Numbered from the stretch's first letter, positions 28,542 through 38,292 are shown. The stretch is 64,000 nt of DNA from Capsulimonadaceae bacterium (GCA_965215505.1 OZ244065.1:4288001-4352000), one strand, 5' to 3'. Numbers and translations: made by a program. Notes: generated by a model not told the origin, from the letters alone.

Positions 28542-31500
28542 CTACGGCACCGTCACCGTCACCGTCTGCGTGGCCGAATTGCCTGCCATGTCCACTGCCT
28601 GCACCTCCACCGTGTGCTTGCCGGACGTGAGCGCGGGCAGGGACAGCGTGAACGATTCCGAAGACGAGTCGAACAGGCCGTCGTCTGCCGCCGCCGCCAC
28701 CGGGTCGCCGCTGTCCACCTTGGCTTGGACCGCCTTGATGAAGGCCAGGCCCGTCGTCACCGTCCCACGCAGAGTCACCGTCTTGTCGGCGGCGACCACC
28801 GGCGTTCCCGCCGTCAGCGTCGGAGAGGCGTTCGCGACCAGGAAGGGGGCCGAAACGGCCTTGGCGGTCAAGGAGTCAGCCGGGTTGCTCGGCTTGTCGC
28901 TGGCCGTGACGCGGAGCTGATAAGTCCCGTCCGGCACTTCCGAGGTGTCCCACGAGAAGGAGGTGTCTTTCAGGCCCGTGGCCCCCGCCACCGCCTTGGC
29001 GTCCTGCGCCGCGTCCGCAGTCGCGGTGGCCTTTATCTGCGCCTGAATCTTCGCGCGGACGGCGGGCGGGATGTTGGTCTGCTTGTCCAGGTTCGCCTGC
29101 GAAGCGGCCAGAGTCGCCGCCGCACTCTTGGGTTTCGACCCGTCCGGCGTCGCGTGCTTGGTGATCGGCGTCCAGGTCTTGCCGCCGTCTCCGGAGTAAG
29201 CGGCGTCATAGACCAGAGTGTCCTTGTCCGGGTCGCTGCCCGTCCACTGGAGCAGGGCGGACTTGGAGACGGCGTCGCCGCCCGCAGGCTTGGTGATGCT
29301 GACGACAGGCGCATGGTTGTGCGGCAGATAGTAGACGCTCACGTCGCGCAGCTTGGGGGCCACCCCGACGGCGTCGCCGCTCAGGAGGGCCTGGTACTGG
29401 AGGAAGCGGGCGGGAGGCGAGGTGACGGCCTGCCCGTGCGCGCTGGTGTAGGGGGCCGACCAGGCGCTCCATGAGGCGTCCGGCCGCTCGATGTTCCCCG
29501 AGCGTGTCTGGAGGGTGACAGCGGCCCCGGCGGGCGTGTCCGCCGACCAGGCGATGGTGCCCCAGCGCGACCGGCTGCCCGCGTCGTGGACGGTGGACTG
29601 GAAGACCCCTTGCAGGCCGCTCCCGCCCGAAACGCCGATCTTGTAGACGCTGCCCACGGTCGCCGTCCCGGCATAGACCGCGTTGCCCGCCGTGTCCAGG
29701 GCGAGGCTCAGGAACTGCTCGTCCGAGTCGGCCACATACGACTGCACGCTGTCATCCGGGTTGATCTTGTAGACCGTGCTGCCCGAGACGGCGTACACGG
29801 CGTCGCTGGCATCCGTCTTGAGGCTCTGGATGCCCGGAGTGGAGCGCCCCAGCAGCCGCTTGGCCGTCCCGTCCGGCGCGATGCGGTAGACGGTGCCGGT
29901 CGCGGAGGTCCCCGCGTAGACATTGCCCAACGAGTCAGTCGCCAGGGCGCTGACGTTCGGCTCCGCCGCGTCATACAGCACGCTGCTCTTGCCGTCCGGC
30001 GTGATCTTGTAGACGATGCCGTCCGGCCCGCTCCCCGCATAGACGTTGCCGCCCTTGTCGGTGGCGATGGAGAGGATGTTGGCCTCGGGCGAGGTGAACA
30101 AGGGCTGGGCTGCGCCGATAGCAGCGGGGGTGATTGCTGCGGCATCAGTCGCCGCGACAGGAACGCCGGCCGGCGTAACGAAGGTCATGCCGGGTCGGCG
30201 TAACCCCTGAGCCACAGAGATGCCGCCCGCCATCCCATTCACCTTGACGCGCCGCCCTGTGCTGTCAGGACGGCGCGTGCTGTCTGCCGCTGTTAGCACG
30301 CTCATAGGGGACATCGCCCTGACACGCCTCCCGCCCATGCTGTAGACGCGGCCTGTCCCACCGCCCGTAGCCACAAAAACCTCATCCTGAGCCTGATTAT
30401 AGGCTAGGGCCGTGACGTACTTCTCCTGCACCGTGAACGCCTTCGCACCCTTGCCGTCCTGCCCGACCTTGAACACGATGCCGTTCGGCAGGGTGCCTGC
30501 GTACAGGTTGCCCGCGTTGTCCAGGACCAGCGAGGTCACTTCCAGCTCTTTGGTCTGGAAGAACGGGGTCGCCTTGCCCGCCGCGTCCATCTTGTAGATG
30601 ACGCCGCCGTCGCCGGTGCCCAGATAGACGTTTCCCTTGCCGTCCGGCAGAATGGACCAGATGTAGCTCTCCGAGGTGTCCGCCACCTTCTGCAAGGAGG
30701 GGGCCAGGCGCACGTCGCCCAGGCTGGTCACGGCGACATTTTTCAATACGCCCGCCGCGAACTCGCCCATGGTGTCCTGACGCCAGACCGACGGCAGCCG
30801 CCCGACCGGCTTGATGGTTGCCGGGGCGGAGGAGTCATCCGAAGCGGGCGCGGTCGCATCCGTTGCCTTTGCCGGGGCCGAGTCGGCTGGCGTTCCCGCG
30901 ACCGCCGCCGAAGTCTGGTCCGAGGCCGTGGCACCACCCCGAGCGCGTGGGGCGGCCTTCGTCGCCAGGGCGTCCGGCGAGAGCATCAGGACGAAGTCGC
31001 CTGGGCCGTCCCCGGTCAGCGAGGACATCGGGAGGGGGCCGCTGTCGGCGGTCGGGGCGGGGTCCGCCCCGGCGGGCGCGGCGCTGCCGCCGGAAGAGGC
31101 CGAGGGCCGAGCGCTTTCGGCTACATCCTTTCGCCGGACCATGATGTTCAGGGTCTGCCCGCCCGTCACGACGTAGGGGACGGTCTGCGACACCTTAACC
31201 TCGTCGCGCTCGGTCCGCAGGCCCGTCGTCCGCGCGGACTGCATGACGGAGGCGAATGTCGGCGGCAGGCCGGACAGCTTCTCCCCTTTGACCGTCACGG
31301 CCGCCGTCGGCAGCAGCAGGTGCGCGACCAGTTCATTGTTGCGCGGCTTCTCCGAGAACGCCTTGACGAGCTGGCCGACATTCGCGGCGGGACCCAGCGG
31401 CTCCGCCGAGCGGATCTGGAGCAGGCCGCCCAGCAGGCTCGTCACCCCGCCGTCCGACCCGCCCCCGCGCACGCTCAGGGAGAGCGGGCCGTCCGCCGTC

Positions 31501-32984
31501 GCCTGGGGAATCTTGACCGACACCATCCGCGTGTACAGAGGCCGCTTGTAGGGCTTCAGCACGACGCCGACGTCCACGGTGTCGCCGGGGGCGAAGTGGG
31601 ACTGCTTGACGAACAGGTGGTCTATCTCCGCCGTGTCGTGCCGGTTCTGGATCGTCACGTCCATGCGGACGCTCTTGACGGCCAGCGGGTAGAAGGAGTT
31701 GGACGACAACAGGTGCATCAGGCTGTCCAGGTCCTCGATGGCCGTCTGGTCAATGCTCAGGGCGTCGTAGAAGGTGTTGGTGCGCTTGACGTGCCCGATC
31801 TCCTCCACGTCCACATCAAAGCTCACCTGTGCGACCGAGTCGCCCGGCTGCCCATGCACCTGCGCGATGGCGGCGTCGGCCATCTGCGAGACGAGCTGGC
31901 CGGTCAGCAGCGGGTGGTTGATGATCCGCATGTGGAAGTCCTTGCGGCGCTTGATGGACTCGTCGTTGATCGAGATGGTCATGGGCACCATCTCCGGCAT
32001 CGGCCCGATCACGCCACCGACCGAGAACGGCCGGTCCTGGAAGATGCGCCCCACCGTCTTGATCGGGGCACCGATCTTGGTGGAGTCCTGATAGGAGGGG
32101 AAGACGTCCACCACATAGGCCGTGGTCAGGGCGGCATCAATCGGCCCCAGGCTGGTGAAGGGGTGCCCGAACAGCAGGAGCCGGTTGCCGTCGCGGTAGG
32201 TCACGGTCCCGGTCGCCGTCAGGTCCATGTCGCCCTGCACCAGCGAGACGCCCACGGCGGAGCCGGGAACGAGGGTCGCCCCCTTTGCCAAGGGGTTCGT
32301 GTCCGTGTCCCCGCCCGCCCCGCCGCCTGCCATGACGTTGAAGTGGAACGGCGACAAAGACTGGTTCAGCCGGCTGATGTTCTGCGCGCTGAACCCGCTC
32401 GCCATCAGCGGCAGGTCGCCGCCGGAAAAGTTCGGCAACGCCACCCCCGCGCTCATGTTCCCGTTCAGACCCGCACCCATCGCCGTAGGCGGCCTGGCGC
32501 TGAGGGAAGAAGGCTTGGCGGGCAGGTCGGGACTCCAGGCGTCGAACATGTACTCAATGGGCGTCGCGTACCCGATGGGGTCCTTGGCGAATTGGTTGCC
32601 CAGCGAGATCGCGCCCACGAGCCGCCCGCCGATATAGATGGGGCTGCCGCTCATGCCGTGCGCGATCTCCATGTGCCGGGCGACGACCGGCCCGTCCAGC
32701 ACGCGGAAGGCGATATAGTCCTTGCCCTCGTTGAACTTGGAGACGACGCCCAGTATCTCGACCCCGAAGCGGGTGATCTTGGTGCCTTTAAAGACGGTCA
32801 GCGCGTAGCCCTTCATGCCGGGGCGCAGCTCACTGACGTGCATGAACTTCTTCGAGTCCCACTGAAGCCGCTGGCTCGGCGCGGGGTGGGTGACGGGCAC
32901 GGGTGGCCGGGCGTCGGCACTCCCGGCAGCCAGCAGGAAGGCGGCCAGCGCGGTGCCGAGAGCGAAACGAGGGAGTTGCTTCAT
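28542..32984 (-). CDS. Secreted SpoIVB-like peptidase S55 fused to beta-propeller and Ig-like domains
   Basis: Signal peptide, GMSGSP, FGHPF; repeated D.xGNVYAG propeller blades; C-terminal beta-sandwiches (DPDKDTL, VDMAGN). Confidence 0.8.
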   Translation of the reverse strand: MKQLPRFALGTALAAFLLAAGSADARPPVPVTHPAPSQRLQWDSKKFMHVSELRPGMKGYALTVFKGTKITRFGVEILGVVSKFNEGKDYIAFRVLDGPVVARHMEIAHGMSGSPIYIGGRLVGAISLGNQFAKDPIGYATPIEYMFDAWSPDLPAKPSSLSARPPTAMGAGLNGNMSAGVALPNFSGGDLPLMASGFSAQNISRLNQSLSPFHFNVMAGGGAGGDTDTNPLAKGATLVPGSAVGVSLVQGDMDLTATGTVTYRDGNRLLLFGHPFTSLGPIDAALTTAYVVDVFPSYQDSTKIGAPIKTVGRIFQDRPFSVGGVIGPMPEMVPMTISINDESIKRRKDFHMRIINHPLLTGQLVSQMADAAIAQVHGQPGDSVAQVSFDVDVEEIGHVKRTNTFYDALSIDQTAIEDLDSLMHLLSSNSFYPLAVKSVRMDVTIQNRHDTAEIDHLFVKQSHFAPGDTVDVGVVLKPYKRPLYTRMVSVKIPQATADGPLSLSVRGGGSDGGVTSLLGGLLQIRSAEPLGPAANVGQLVKAFSEKPRNNELVAHLLLPTAAVTVKGEKLSGLPPTFASVMQSARTTGLRTERDEVKVSQTVPYVVTGGQTLNIMVRRKDVAESARPSASSGGSAAPAGADPAPTADSGPLPMSSLTGDGPGDFVLMLSPDALATKAAPRARGGATASDQTSAAVAGTPADSAPAKATDATAPASDDSSAPATIKPVGRLPSVWRQDTMGEFAAGVLKNVAVTSLGDVRLAPSLQKVADTSESYIWSILPDGKGNVYLGTGDGGVIYKMDAAGKATPFFQTKELEVTSLVLDNAGNLYAGTLPNGIVFKVGQDGKGAKAFTVQEKYVTALAYNQAQDEVFVATGGGTGRVYSMGGRRVRAMSPMSVLTAADSTRRPDSTGRRVKVNGMAGGISVAQGLRRPGMTFVTPAGVPVAATDAAAITPAAIGAAQPLFTSPEANILSIATDKGGNVYAGSGPDGIVYKITPDGKSSVLYDAAEPNVSALATDSLGNVYAGTSATGTVYRIAPDGTAKRLLGRSTPGIQSLKTDASDAVYAVSGSTVYKINPDDSVQSYVADSDEQFLSLALDTAGNAVYAGTATVGSVYKIGVSGGSGLQGVFQSTVHDAGSRSRWGTIAWSADTPAGAAVTLQTRSGNIERPDASWSAWSAPYTSAHGQAVTSPPARFLQYQALLSGDAVGVAPKLRDVSVYYLPHNHAPVVSITKPAGGDAVSKSALLQWTGSDPDKDTLVYDAAYSGDGGKTWTPITKHATPDGSKPKSAAATLAASQANLDKQTNIPPAVRAKIQAQIKATATADAAQDAKAVAGATGLKDTSFSWDTSEVPDGTYQLRVTASDKPSNPADSLTAKAVSAPFLVANASPTLTAGTPVVAADKTVTLRGTVTTGLAFIKAVQAKVDSGDPVAAAADDGLFDSSSESFTLSLPALTSGKHTVEVQAVDMAGNSATQTVTVTVP

Positions 32985-33131
32985 AGAGTAGGGTATTTCT
33001 TGCCGTATGTTTTTGTCGCGGGCTGAGGCTAGAGATCGTTTAGTCGCTGATGCTATGTGTTGACAAGGCGGGACGAGGGACGAGTGATTTCAATCACTCG
33101 TCCTGATGGCTGGCTCTCATCCCGTTCTTAA

Positions 33132-33533
33132 CTACGCGCTCTTGGCGTAGACTTGTTCCGGGTCGAACTGGGGCGCGGTGATCGTCCGCCACTCCTCGCC
33201 CTCATCCGCCACTTCGCGGTAGTAGCAGGTGGGGTGCCCCGTATGGCAGGTCGCGCCGACGGGCCGGGCCAGGACCAGCAGCGAGTCGTCGTTGCAGTTG
33301 ACCCGCAGCGAGACGAAGTCCAGGGTATTCCCGCTGGTTTCCCCTTTGGTCCAGAGCTTCTGCCGGGAGCGCGTCCAGAACGTCACCTTGCCCGCCCGCA
33401 GCGTCTTTTCTAGAGCGGCGCGGTTCATGAAGCCGAGCATCAGGACGTCTTTGGTGTCCGCGTCCTGCACGACGGCGGGGACCAGGCCGCCTTCGGCCCT
33501 GTCCCAGCGAATTTGTTCCACAATCGAGGTCAT
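33132..33533 (-). CDS. hisI: Phosphoribosyl-AMP cyclohydrolase
   Basis: LVPAVVQD, RSRQKLWTKGETSG, CHTG..TCYY. Confidence 0.9.
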   Translation of the reverse strand: MTSIVEQIRWDRAEGGLVPAVVQDADTKDVLMLGFMNRAALEKTLRAGKVTFWTRSRQKLWTKGETSGNTLDFVSLRVNCNDDSLLVLARPVGATCHTGHPTCYYREVADEGEEWRTITAPQFDPEQVYAKSA

Positions 33534-33537
33534 AGAG

Positions 33538-34764
33538 TCACACCCGTAGGAAAAGTTTCCGGCGGCGCATCTCCAGCAGCGCCAGCCAGACGACGAAGAG
33601 GTAGCCCAGCGTGTAGGCCCAGCCGCCCCGGTACGGCCCGTAATGCATGATCGCCAGGTGCAGCCAGGCCTGCTCCAAGGTTTCGCGCGTCCCATTAGGC
33701 ATGGGCCAGGTCCAGACGCGCAGGATGAACACCTTGATCAAGATCGGCCCGACATAGGCCGCGATGGCGTTGGAGCCGTACACCACGAACGGGAAGGCCA
33801 GCCACGCCGGCCACTTCCAGCCGCTCGCGTCGATCAGGGCATAAAGAAGCGTCAACACGCCCCCGCCCAGCCCCGCTGTCAGCAAGATGTAGGAGGCGGT
33901 CCAGACCGGCTTGTTGTAAGGCAGGCTGAAATGCCAGGCCCAGCCGCCGGCCGCCAGCAGGCCGCTGAAAGCCAGCAGGACGATGACCTTCTCCACAGGC
34001 TTCCACCGCTCGCGCCGCAGGATGTCTCCGAAGACTGTCCCGATCAGCACCAGCGCCGCCGTCGGCACGACCGAAACCAGGCCGGAGAGGTGCAGTCTGT
34101 CAAGGTACGTCCGGTTCAGATACCAGATGGCGTTGGCTTCCTCGCGGAACGCCCCGCGCCCCAGGCCCGGCACCGGGAAGTGCTGGAGGACGGCGGCGTG
34201 CCCGGACAGAAGCCCCAGCGCGACCGGCAGCCGCAGCCACACCGGCAGGACCGAGAGCAAAGCCCCGGCCCCGTAAGCCAGCCCGATAAGCTGCAAGACG
34301 TTCAGGTCGAACACCGGCCGCTTCAGGAGACTTGAGTCGATCAGGCAGCCCAGGAAGACCAGCGCCAGGACCCGGCCCAGGGCGCGCAGGCCGTACCGCC
34401 AGCCCCCTGCCCCCTTCCGGCGCGCACCCGCCGCCGAGAACGGCAGGGCGACCCCGACGATCAGCAGGAACCACGGGAAGATCAGGTCGGCAAATCTCAG
34501 CCCGCCGTTCCAGGGCGCGTGCATGAGCTGCGCGGGCGTCCGTTCGTCCAGCGCGATGTTGTTGACCAGCAGCATCCCCGCCGTGGTCAGGCCCCGGAAA
34601 GCGTCCAGCGAAACCAGGCGCGTGCCGGACGGGCGCTTGGGGTCCGCCGTTTTAGGAGCCGCCATCTGAGGAGCCGCCATCTGAGGAGCCGCCATCTGAG
34701 GAGCCGCCATCTGAGGAGCGGCCTGTTCCTGTGAAGTCAGTTGTGGCGGCGCTTTGAGGGTCAT
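33538..34764 (-). CDS. Membrane acyltransferase, heparan-alpha-glucosaminide N-acetyltransferase-like
   Basis: RLVSLDAFRG, ADLIFPWF, VLQLIG, NKPVWTASY, GSNAI; multi-TM. Confidence 0.85.
   Translation of the reverse strand: MTLKAPPQLTSQEQAAPQMAAPQMAAPQMAAPQMAAPKTADPKRPSGTRLVSLDAFRGLTTAGMLLVNNIALDERTPAQLMHAPWNGGLRFADLIFPWFLLIVGVALPFSAAGARRKGAGGWRYGLRALGRVLALVFLGCLIDSSLLKRPVFDLNVLQLIGLAYGAGALLSVLPVWLRLPVALGLLSGHAAVLQHFPVPGLGRGAFREEANAIWYLNRTYLDRLHLSGLVSVVPTAALVLIGTVFGDILRRERWKPVEKVIVLLAFSGLLAAGGWAWHFSLPYNKPVWTASYILLTAGLGGGVLTLLYALIDASGWKWPAWLAFPFVVYGSNAIAAYVGPILIKVFILRVWTWPMPNGTRETLEQAWLHLAIMHYGPYRGGWAYTLGYLFVVWLALLEMRRRKLFLRV
34654..34719. repeat. 15-bp tandem repeat (4.4 units, encodes QMAAP)
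   Basis: aggagccgccatctg repeated exactly four times plus a partial unit. Confidence 0.95.
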
Positions 34765-34815
34765 CCGGTGTTAATCCTGAGCGAACCCACCCCAGCACTT
34801 GTCGCGGGGCGGGGT

Positions 34816-35346
34816 CTAATCCAGCCACCGCGCCGCCACTGCCGTGCCTATCGCCAGAAAGGCCATAACAAGCACCGGAGCGCAGCCCTTCCCCTGGGCG
34901 AACTCCACCTGCCCCTTGACGTCATGGCGGGGGTTGTTCGCGGGCGGCTTGGACGAGTAATCGGGCGCGGAGATCGCGTACCGCGCGGGCGCGCGGCTGC
35001 CGCGCCAGACGTGCAGGGCGGCGTCGGTGTTGCTCGGCGGGTAGTTCGAGGTCACCTGGAACAGCGCCTCGCCGTCCTCGGCGTCTATCCGGCCCCCCTC
35101 CCAGCGCAGCCAGCTCGCGCCGGCCTCGTCGGTGAACCAGTGGATCGCCTGCCAGCCCGGCGGGGTCATCTCGTTCGTCACCGCCTCGGGGTAGGGGACG
35201 CGGCCCGGAGCGCCGCCGAAAAAATAGGGTCCGATGTCGAGCCGCGTGATCCCCGGCCCGTTCGCCTCCTCGGCGATGTTGAGCTGGTACATGAAGCCGG
35301 TCACGACCTGCATTGTCTCGACATACGGCGCTGTAATCATGGGCAT
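34816..35346 (-). CDS. Hypothetical protein with C-terminal membrane anchor
   Basis: GC-typical codon usage; C-terminal GC motif plus hydrophobic helix. Confidence 0.6.
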   Translation of the reverse strand: MPMITAPYVETMQVVTGFMYQLNIAEEANGPGITRLDIGPYFFGGAPGRVPYPEAVTNEMTPPGWQAIHWFTDEAGASWLRWEGGRIDAEDGEALFQVTSNYPPSNTDAALHVWRGSRAPARYAISAPDYSSKPPANNPRHDVKGQVEFAQGKGCAPVLVMAFLAIGTAVAARWLD

Positions 35347-35477
35347 CCTGGGGGCAATCCTCTTGAGTGGTGGGAGATCGGGCGGATACGGCGGATAAGA
35401 TGCGCTATTGTACCAGATTCCGCGCCCGTTTGCCTACACGCGGGCTGGAAACGCCGGGCCGTTCTTGACTCCCGTTC

Positions 35478-35507
35478 TTGACTTCCCGCCCCGCCGTGTG
35501 CTATACT
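35478..35507 (+). promoter_or_regulatory. sigma70 promoter of rpsR
   Basis: TTGACT-18 nt-TATACT with extended TG. Confidence 0.7.
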
Positions 35508-35608
35508 CACGGGCATTCGTCTTCACGAAAATCACACACCCGCAAGTCGCACCGCCTCTCTCTTCGCCGAGAACGGGGCGGTGAGGATCGCAACGAGAGG
35601 ATTTCACC

Positions 35609-35902
35609 ATGGCTTACGGTGCCCCAAGCGGAGGCCCGCGCGGCGCGCGCCCCGGCGGTCCGGGCGGACCCGACCGCAACAAGAACCGGCGCTTCAAGCG
35701 GCGCAAGGTCAGTTCGCTGACCATCAACAAGATCAAGACGGTGGACTACAAGAACGTCACCCTCTTGAGGACGTTCACCGACGAGCGCGGCAAGATCATC
35801 CCCCGCCGCCGCTCCGGCGCGACCGCCAAGGAGCAGCGCATGATCGCCGTCTCCATCAAGCGCGCCCGCGAGATCGCCCTGCTGCCCTTCGTCAAGGATT
35901 AG
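35609..35902 (+). CDS. rpsR: 30S ribosomal protein S18
   Basis: [32 protein letters not shown]. Confidence 0.95.
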   Translation: MAYGAPSGGPRGARPGGPGGPDRNKNRRFKRRKVSSLTINKIKTVDYKNVTLLRTFTDERGKIIPRRRSGATAKEQRMIAVSIKRAREIALLPFVKD

Positions 35903-35904
35903 TC

Positions 35905-35938
35905 GAAACGCCCCGGCCTGAACAGGCCGGGGCGTCTT
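35905..35938 (+). terminator. Hairpin/terminator after rpsR
   Basis: acgccccggcctg-aa-caggccggggcgt. Confidence 0.6.
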
Positions 35939-35953
35939 CGTTTGGAGGCCCGA

Positions 35954-36316
35954 ATGAACCGCCTGCTCCTGCTGACCATGCCCCTCGTTTTAACCGCTGT
36001 GGCCCCGGCGGCCCAGGCACAGACGCCGAAGAAGCCCGCGCCGACGACGGTCCCTGCGCCCGTGGTCGCTCCTGCGCCGAAGCCCGCTCCTGCGCCGAAG
36101 CCCGCGCCTGCGCCGAAGCCCGCGCCTGCCGATCCCCTCGCAGGCGTGCGCGTCCATCTCGCCGCCCTGCGCTCTCTGCCGCTGACCCAACCGCAGGCGG
36201 CCCTCCGGGCACCGCAGACCGTGCCACTCTCCTTCACGCCCTGGGCGCATGAGGTGCCGGTTGCGATGTCTCATGCTGCCGTCCAATCATCAGTCAGCTC
36301 CGGCTGTTTCCGCTGA
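35954..36316 (+). CDS. Small secreted Pro/Ala-rich protein
   Basis: GGAGG SD, signal peptide ending AQA, three PAPKPA-type 18-bp repeats. Confidence 0.65.
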   Translation: MNRLLLLTMPLVLTAVAPAAQAQTPKKPAPTTVPAPVVAPAPKPAPAPKPAPAPKPAPADPLAGVRVHLAALRSLPLTQPQAALRAPQTVPLSFTPWAHEVPVAMSHAAVQSSVSSGCFR

Positions 36317-36319
36317 CGG

Positions 36320-36356
36320 GAAAGCCCCGGCCCATGCGGGCCGGGGCTTTCTGCCG
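36320..36356. repeat. 37-bp terminator-like direct repeat, copy 1
   Basis: 35/37 identical to 40344-40380. Confidence 0.8.
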
Positions 36357-36457
36357 CCTGAGCTACGGTCACTACAGGCGGCGCAAGGAGTTCGGTGTTA
36401 CTCTGCCGTTCGGTGTTTGGAAGTGTCCGCCTCTTCCAAGCCTTGGACATCCACCCT

Positions 36458-36835
36458 TCACCGTGCCCAGGGCGGTGCCCCGACCTCCGTTCCATCAGCC
36501 ATCGTCGCCCGCCCCTCTGCGGAAAGGCAGGCGATCAGATGAGCCGCCTCAGCGCCGGGGTTGCTTAACTGGAGCGGCGTGTGGGCCGGGACCGAGACAG
36601 CATCCCCGCCACTCACTTCCACGGGTTCGCCGGCGATGGTGAAGACGACCGAACCTCCCAGCACGAGAAAAACTTCCTCATGGTCCAGGTGATGCGGCGC
36701 ACTGACCGCGCCCGGCAGCGCCGTCACGCGCCAGGAAGAAAGTTCCGTCGCCCCCCGGCTTGGCGCCGTCTGCCCCGTGAACTCGAAGCCGGGTACACTG
36801 AATGTCGGCGCATCCGCGCCGCGTACAACTGCCAT
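36458..36835 (-). CDS. Cupin-domain protein
   Basis: HHLDHEEVFLVLGG, GDAVSVPAHTP. Confidence 0.85.
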   Translation of the reverse strand: MAVVRGADAPTFSVPGFEFTGQTAPSRGATELSSWRVTALPGAVSAPHHLDHEEVFLVLGGSVVFTIAGEPVEVSGGDAVSVPAHTPLQLSNPGAEAAHLIACLSAEGRATMADGTEVGAPPWAR

Positions 36836-36883
36836 AGTGTGAGTCCTCCTTTTCGTGCGTGCGCCAAGCCTGCGAATGGCGCT

Positions 36884-36923
36884 TAGTAAGTCAGGCTTAC
36901 TATGTAGTTAGTGTACCTGTCTA
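36884..36923. promoter_or_regulatory. Putative MarR operator(s)
   Basis: Perfect palindrome tagtaag-N5-cttacta plus a degenerate tandem copy, between the divergent cupin and marR genes. Confidence 0.6.
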
Positions 36924-36966
36924 AGTGGGCGCTGTCAACCCTGATGCGCTTCTTCGCGTGATTACC

Positions 36967-37446
36967 ATGAACAGAGAAACATCCTCCCCAGCCGGCACGG
37001 ACCACCGGCAGCTTCAAGAGCTCCGGGACAACCACATCGGGCGCTTGTTCCTGCAAGCGCACCGCGCCTTCGCCAAACGGAGCATCGGCAAACTCCGGGA
37101 GCGGGGGCATGACCACCTCACCCTGGCCCACACCGCCCTCCTCCCTCACCTCGATCTCGAAGGCACCACGGTCACAGTGCTGGCGGAACGGGCGGGGATG
37201 ACCAAACAATCCATGCGGCAACTGGTGCTTGACCTGGAAGCCAAAGGCTACGTCACGCGGGCTGACGATCCCAGTGACCGGCGGGCGACGCTCGTCACCT
37301 TCACGGAGGAAGGCTGGCGCTTTCTGCGTGACGCCCACGAGATCAAGAAGGAGATGCAGGCCGAGTATCTGGCGATTCTCGGTCAGGAGCGCATGGAAGC
37401 CTTGGAAAAGTCACTCGCAGAGATCATCCAGGAGGCCGGGTCATGA
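36967..37446 (+). CDS. MarR-family transcriptional regulator
   Basis: LAERAGMTKQSM, LEAKGYV, DPSDRRA. Confidence 0.92.
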   Translation: MNRETSSPAGTDHRQLQELRDNHIGRLFLQAHRAFAKRSIGKLRERGHDHLTLAHTALLPHLDLEGTTVTVLAERAGMTKQSMRQLVLDLEAKGYVTRADDPSDRRATLVTFTEEGWRFLRDAHEIKKEMQAEYLAILGQERMEALEKSLAEIIQEAGS

Positions 37447-37572
37447 ACTGGGACGGAGTCATGGCTGGGGCACCTGTTGTCCCCGGCCGTTCTGCGCCAG
37501 TGCCCTCTCGAAAGCGGCTTTCATCTCGGCCTCGGTCATTTTCGCCGTGATCCTGCCGACGCTCCTTCCTTT

Positions 37573-37764
37573 TCAGTCTCCCAGCCTCTCGATGAGGCCC
37601 ATCACCCAGCACAGGGGGCAGCCCCGCAGCGCGACCAGCCCGCCCACACCTAGAGCGAGCGCGAGCAGAATGTGGGGCGACCCAGCGACATACGAGCCGG
37701 CGAAGAGCGCGCCTGCGGCGGCGCCCCTGAGCAGATGCACACCCAACGAATTGCTCCCAAACAT
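37573..37764 (-). CDS. Small membrane protein with CPLC motif
   Basis: GGAGG SD, two hydrophobic segments, RGCPLCW. Confidence 0.7.
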   Translation of the reverse strand: MFGSNSLGVHLLRGAAAGALFAGSYVAGSPHILLALALGVGGLVALRGCPLCWVMGLIERLGD

Positions 37765-37776
37765 ACTGACCTCCTC

Positions 37777-38292
37777 TCATGCCAGCAGGTGTTCACGCAC
37801 CAGTTGCCGCCCCCGGTAGAGGCGCGTCTTGACCGTCTCCGGCACCAGCCCCAGCCGCTCGGCGATCTCGCGGACGGTCATCTCCTCGAAGTCGCGCAGG
37901 AGGATCACGTCCCGGTAGATGGCGGGCAAGGACTGGACGGCCAGCGTGATGTCCATCCGCAGTTCTATGTCGGAATGGGCGGACAGGTATGCCTCCTCCT
38001 GGACCGCCTCCAGGTCGGCGTGGCCCGGCCGCATCAGCCGCAGGCACTCGCGGCGGACGATCTGGAATATCCACTGGGAGAAGGTCCCGACCGAGCGCAG
38101 CGCGGACACCTTGCGGTAGACGATGATCAGCGCCTCCTGCACGGCGTCCTCGGCGTCGGCGGTCGTCAAACAGGTCAGGGCGGCGTAGCGGCGCAGATTC
38201 GGGCGGCAGAGGATGAGCAGGCTTTCGAGCGCCGCCGCATCCCCCTGCCGCGCGGCCTCCAGGAGCCGCTTGTCGTGCTGCCCAGCCGTCAA
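37777..38292 (-). CDS. ECF RNA polymerase sigma factor
   Basis: DAEDAVQEA region 2, EIAERLG..ETVKTRLYRGR region 4; TTG start overlapping the upstream stop. Confidence 0.9.
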   Translation of the reverse strand: MTAGQHDKRLLEAARQGDAAALESLLILCRPNLRRYAALTCLTTADAEDAVQEALIIVYRKVSALRSVGTFSQWIFQIVRRECLRLMRPGHADLEAVQEEAYLSAHSDIELRMDITLAVQSLPAIYRDVILLRDFEEMTVREIAERLGLVPETVKTRLYRGRQLVREHLLA

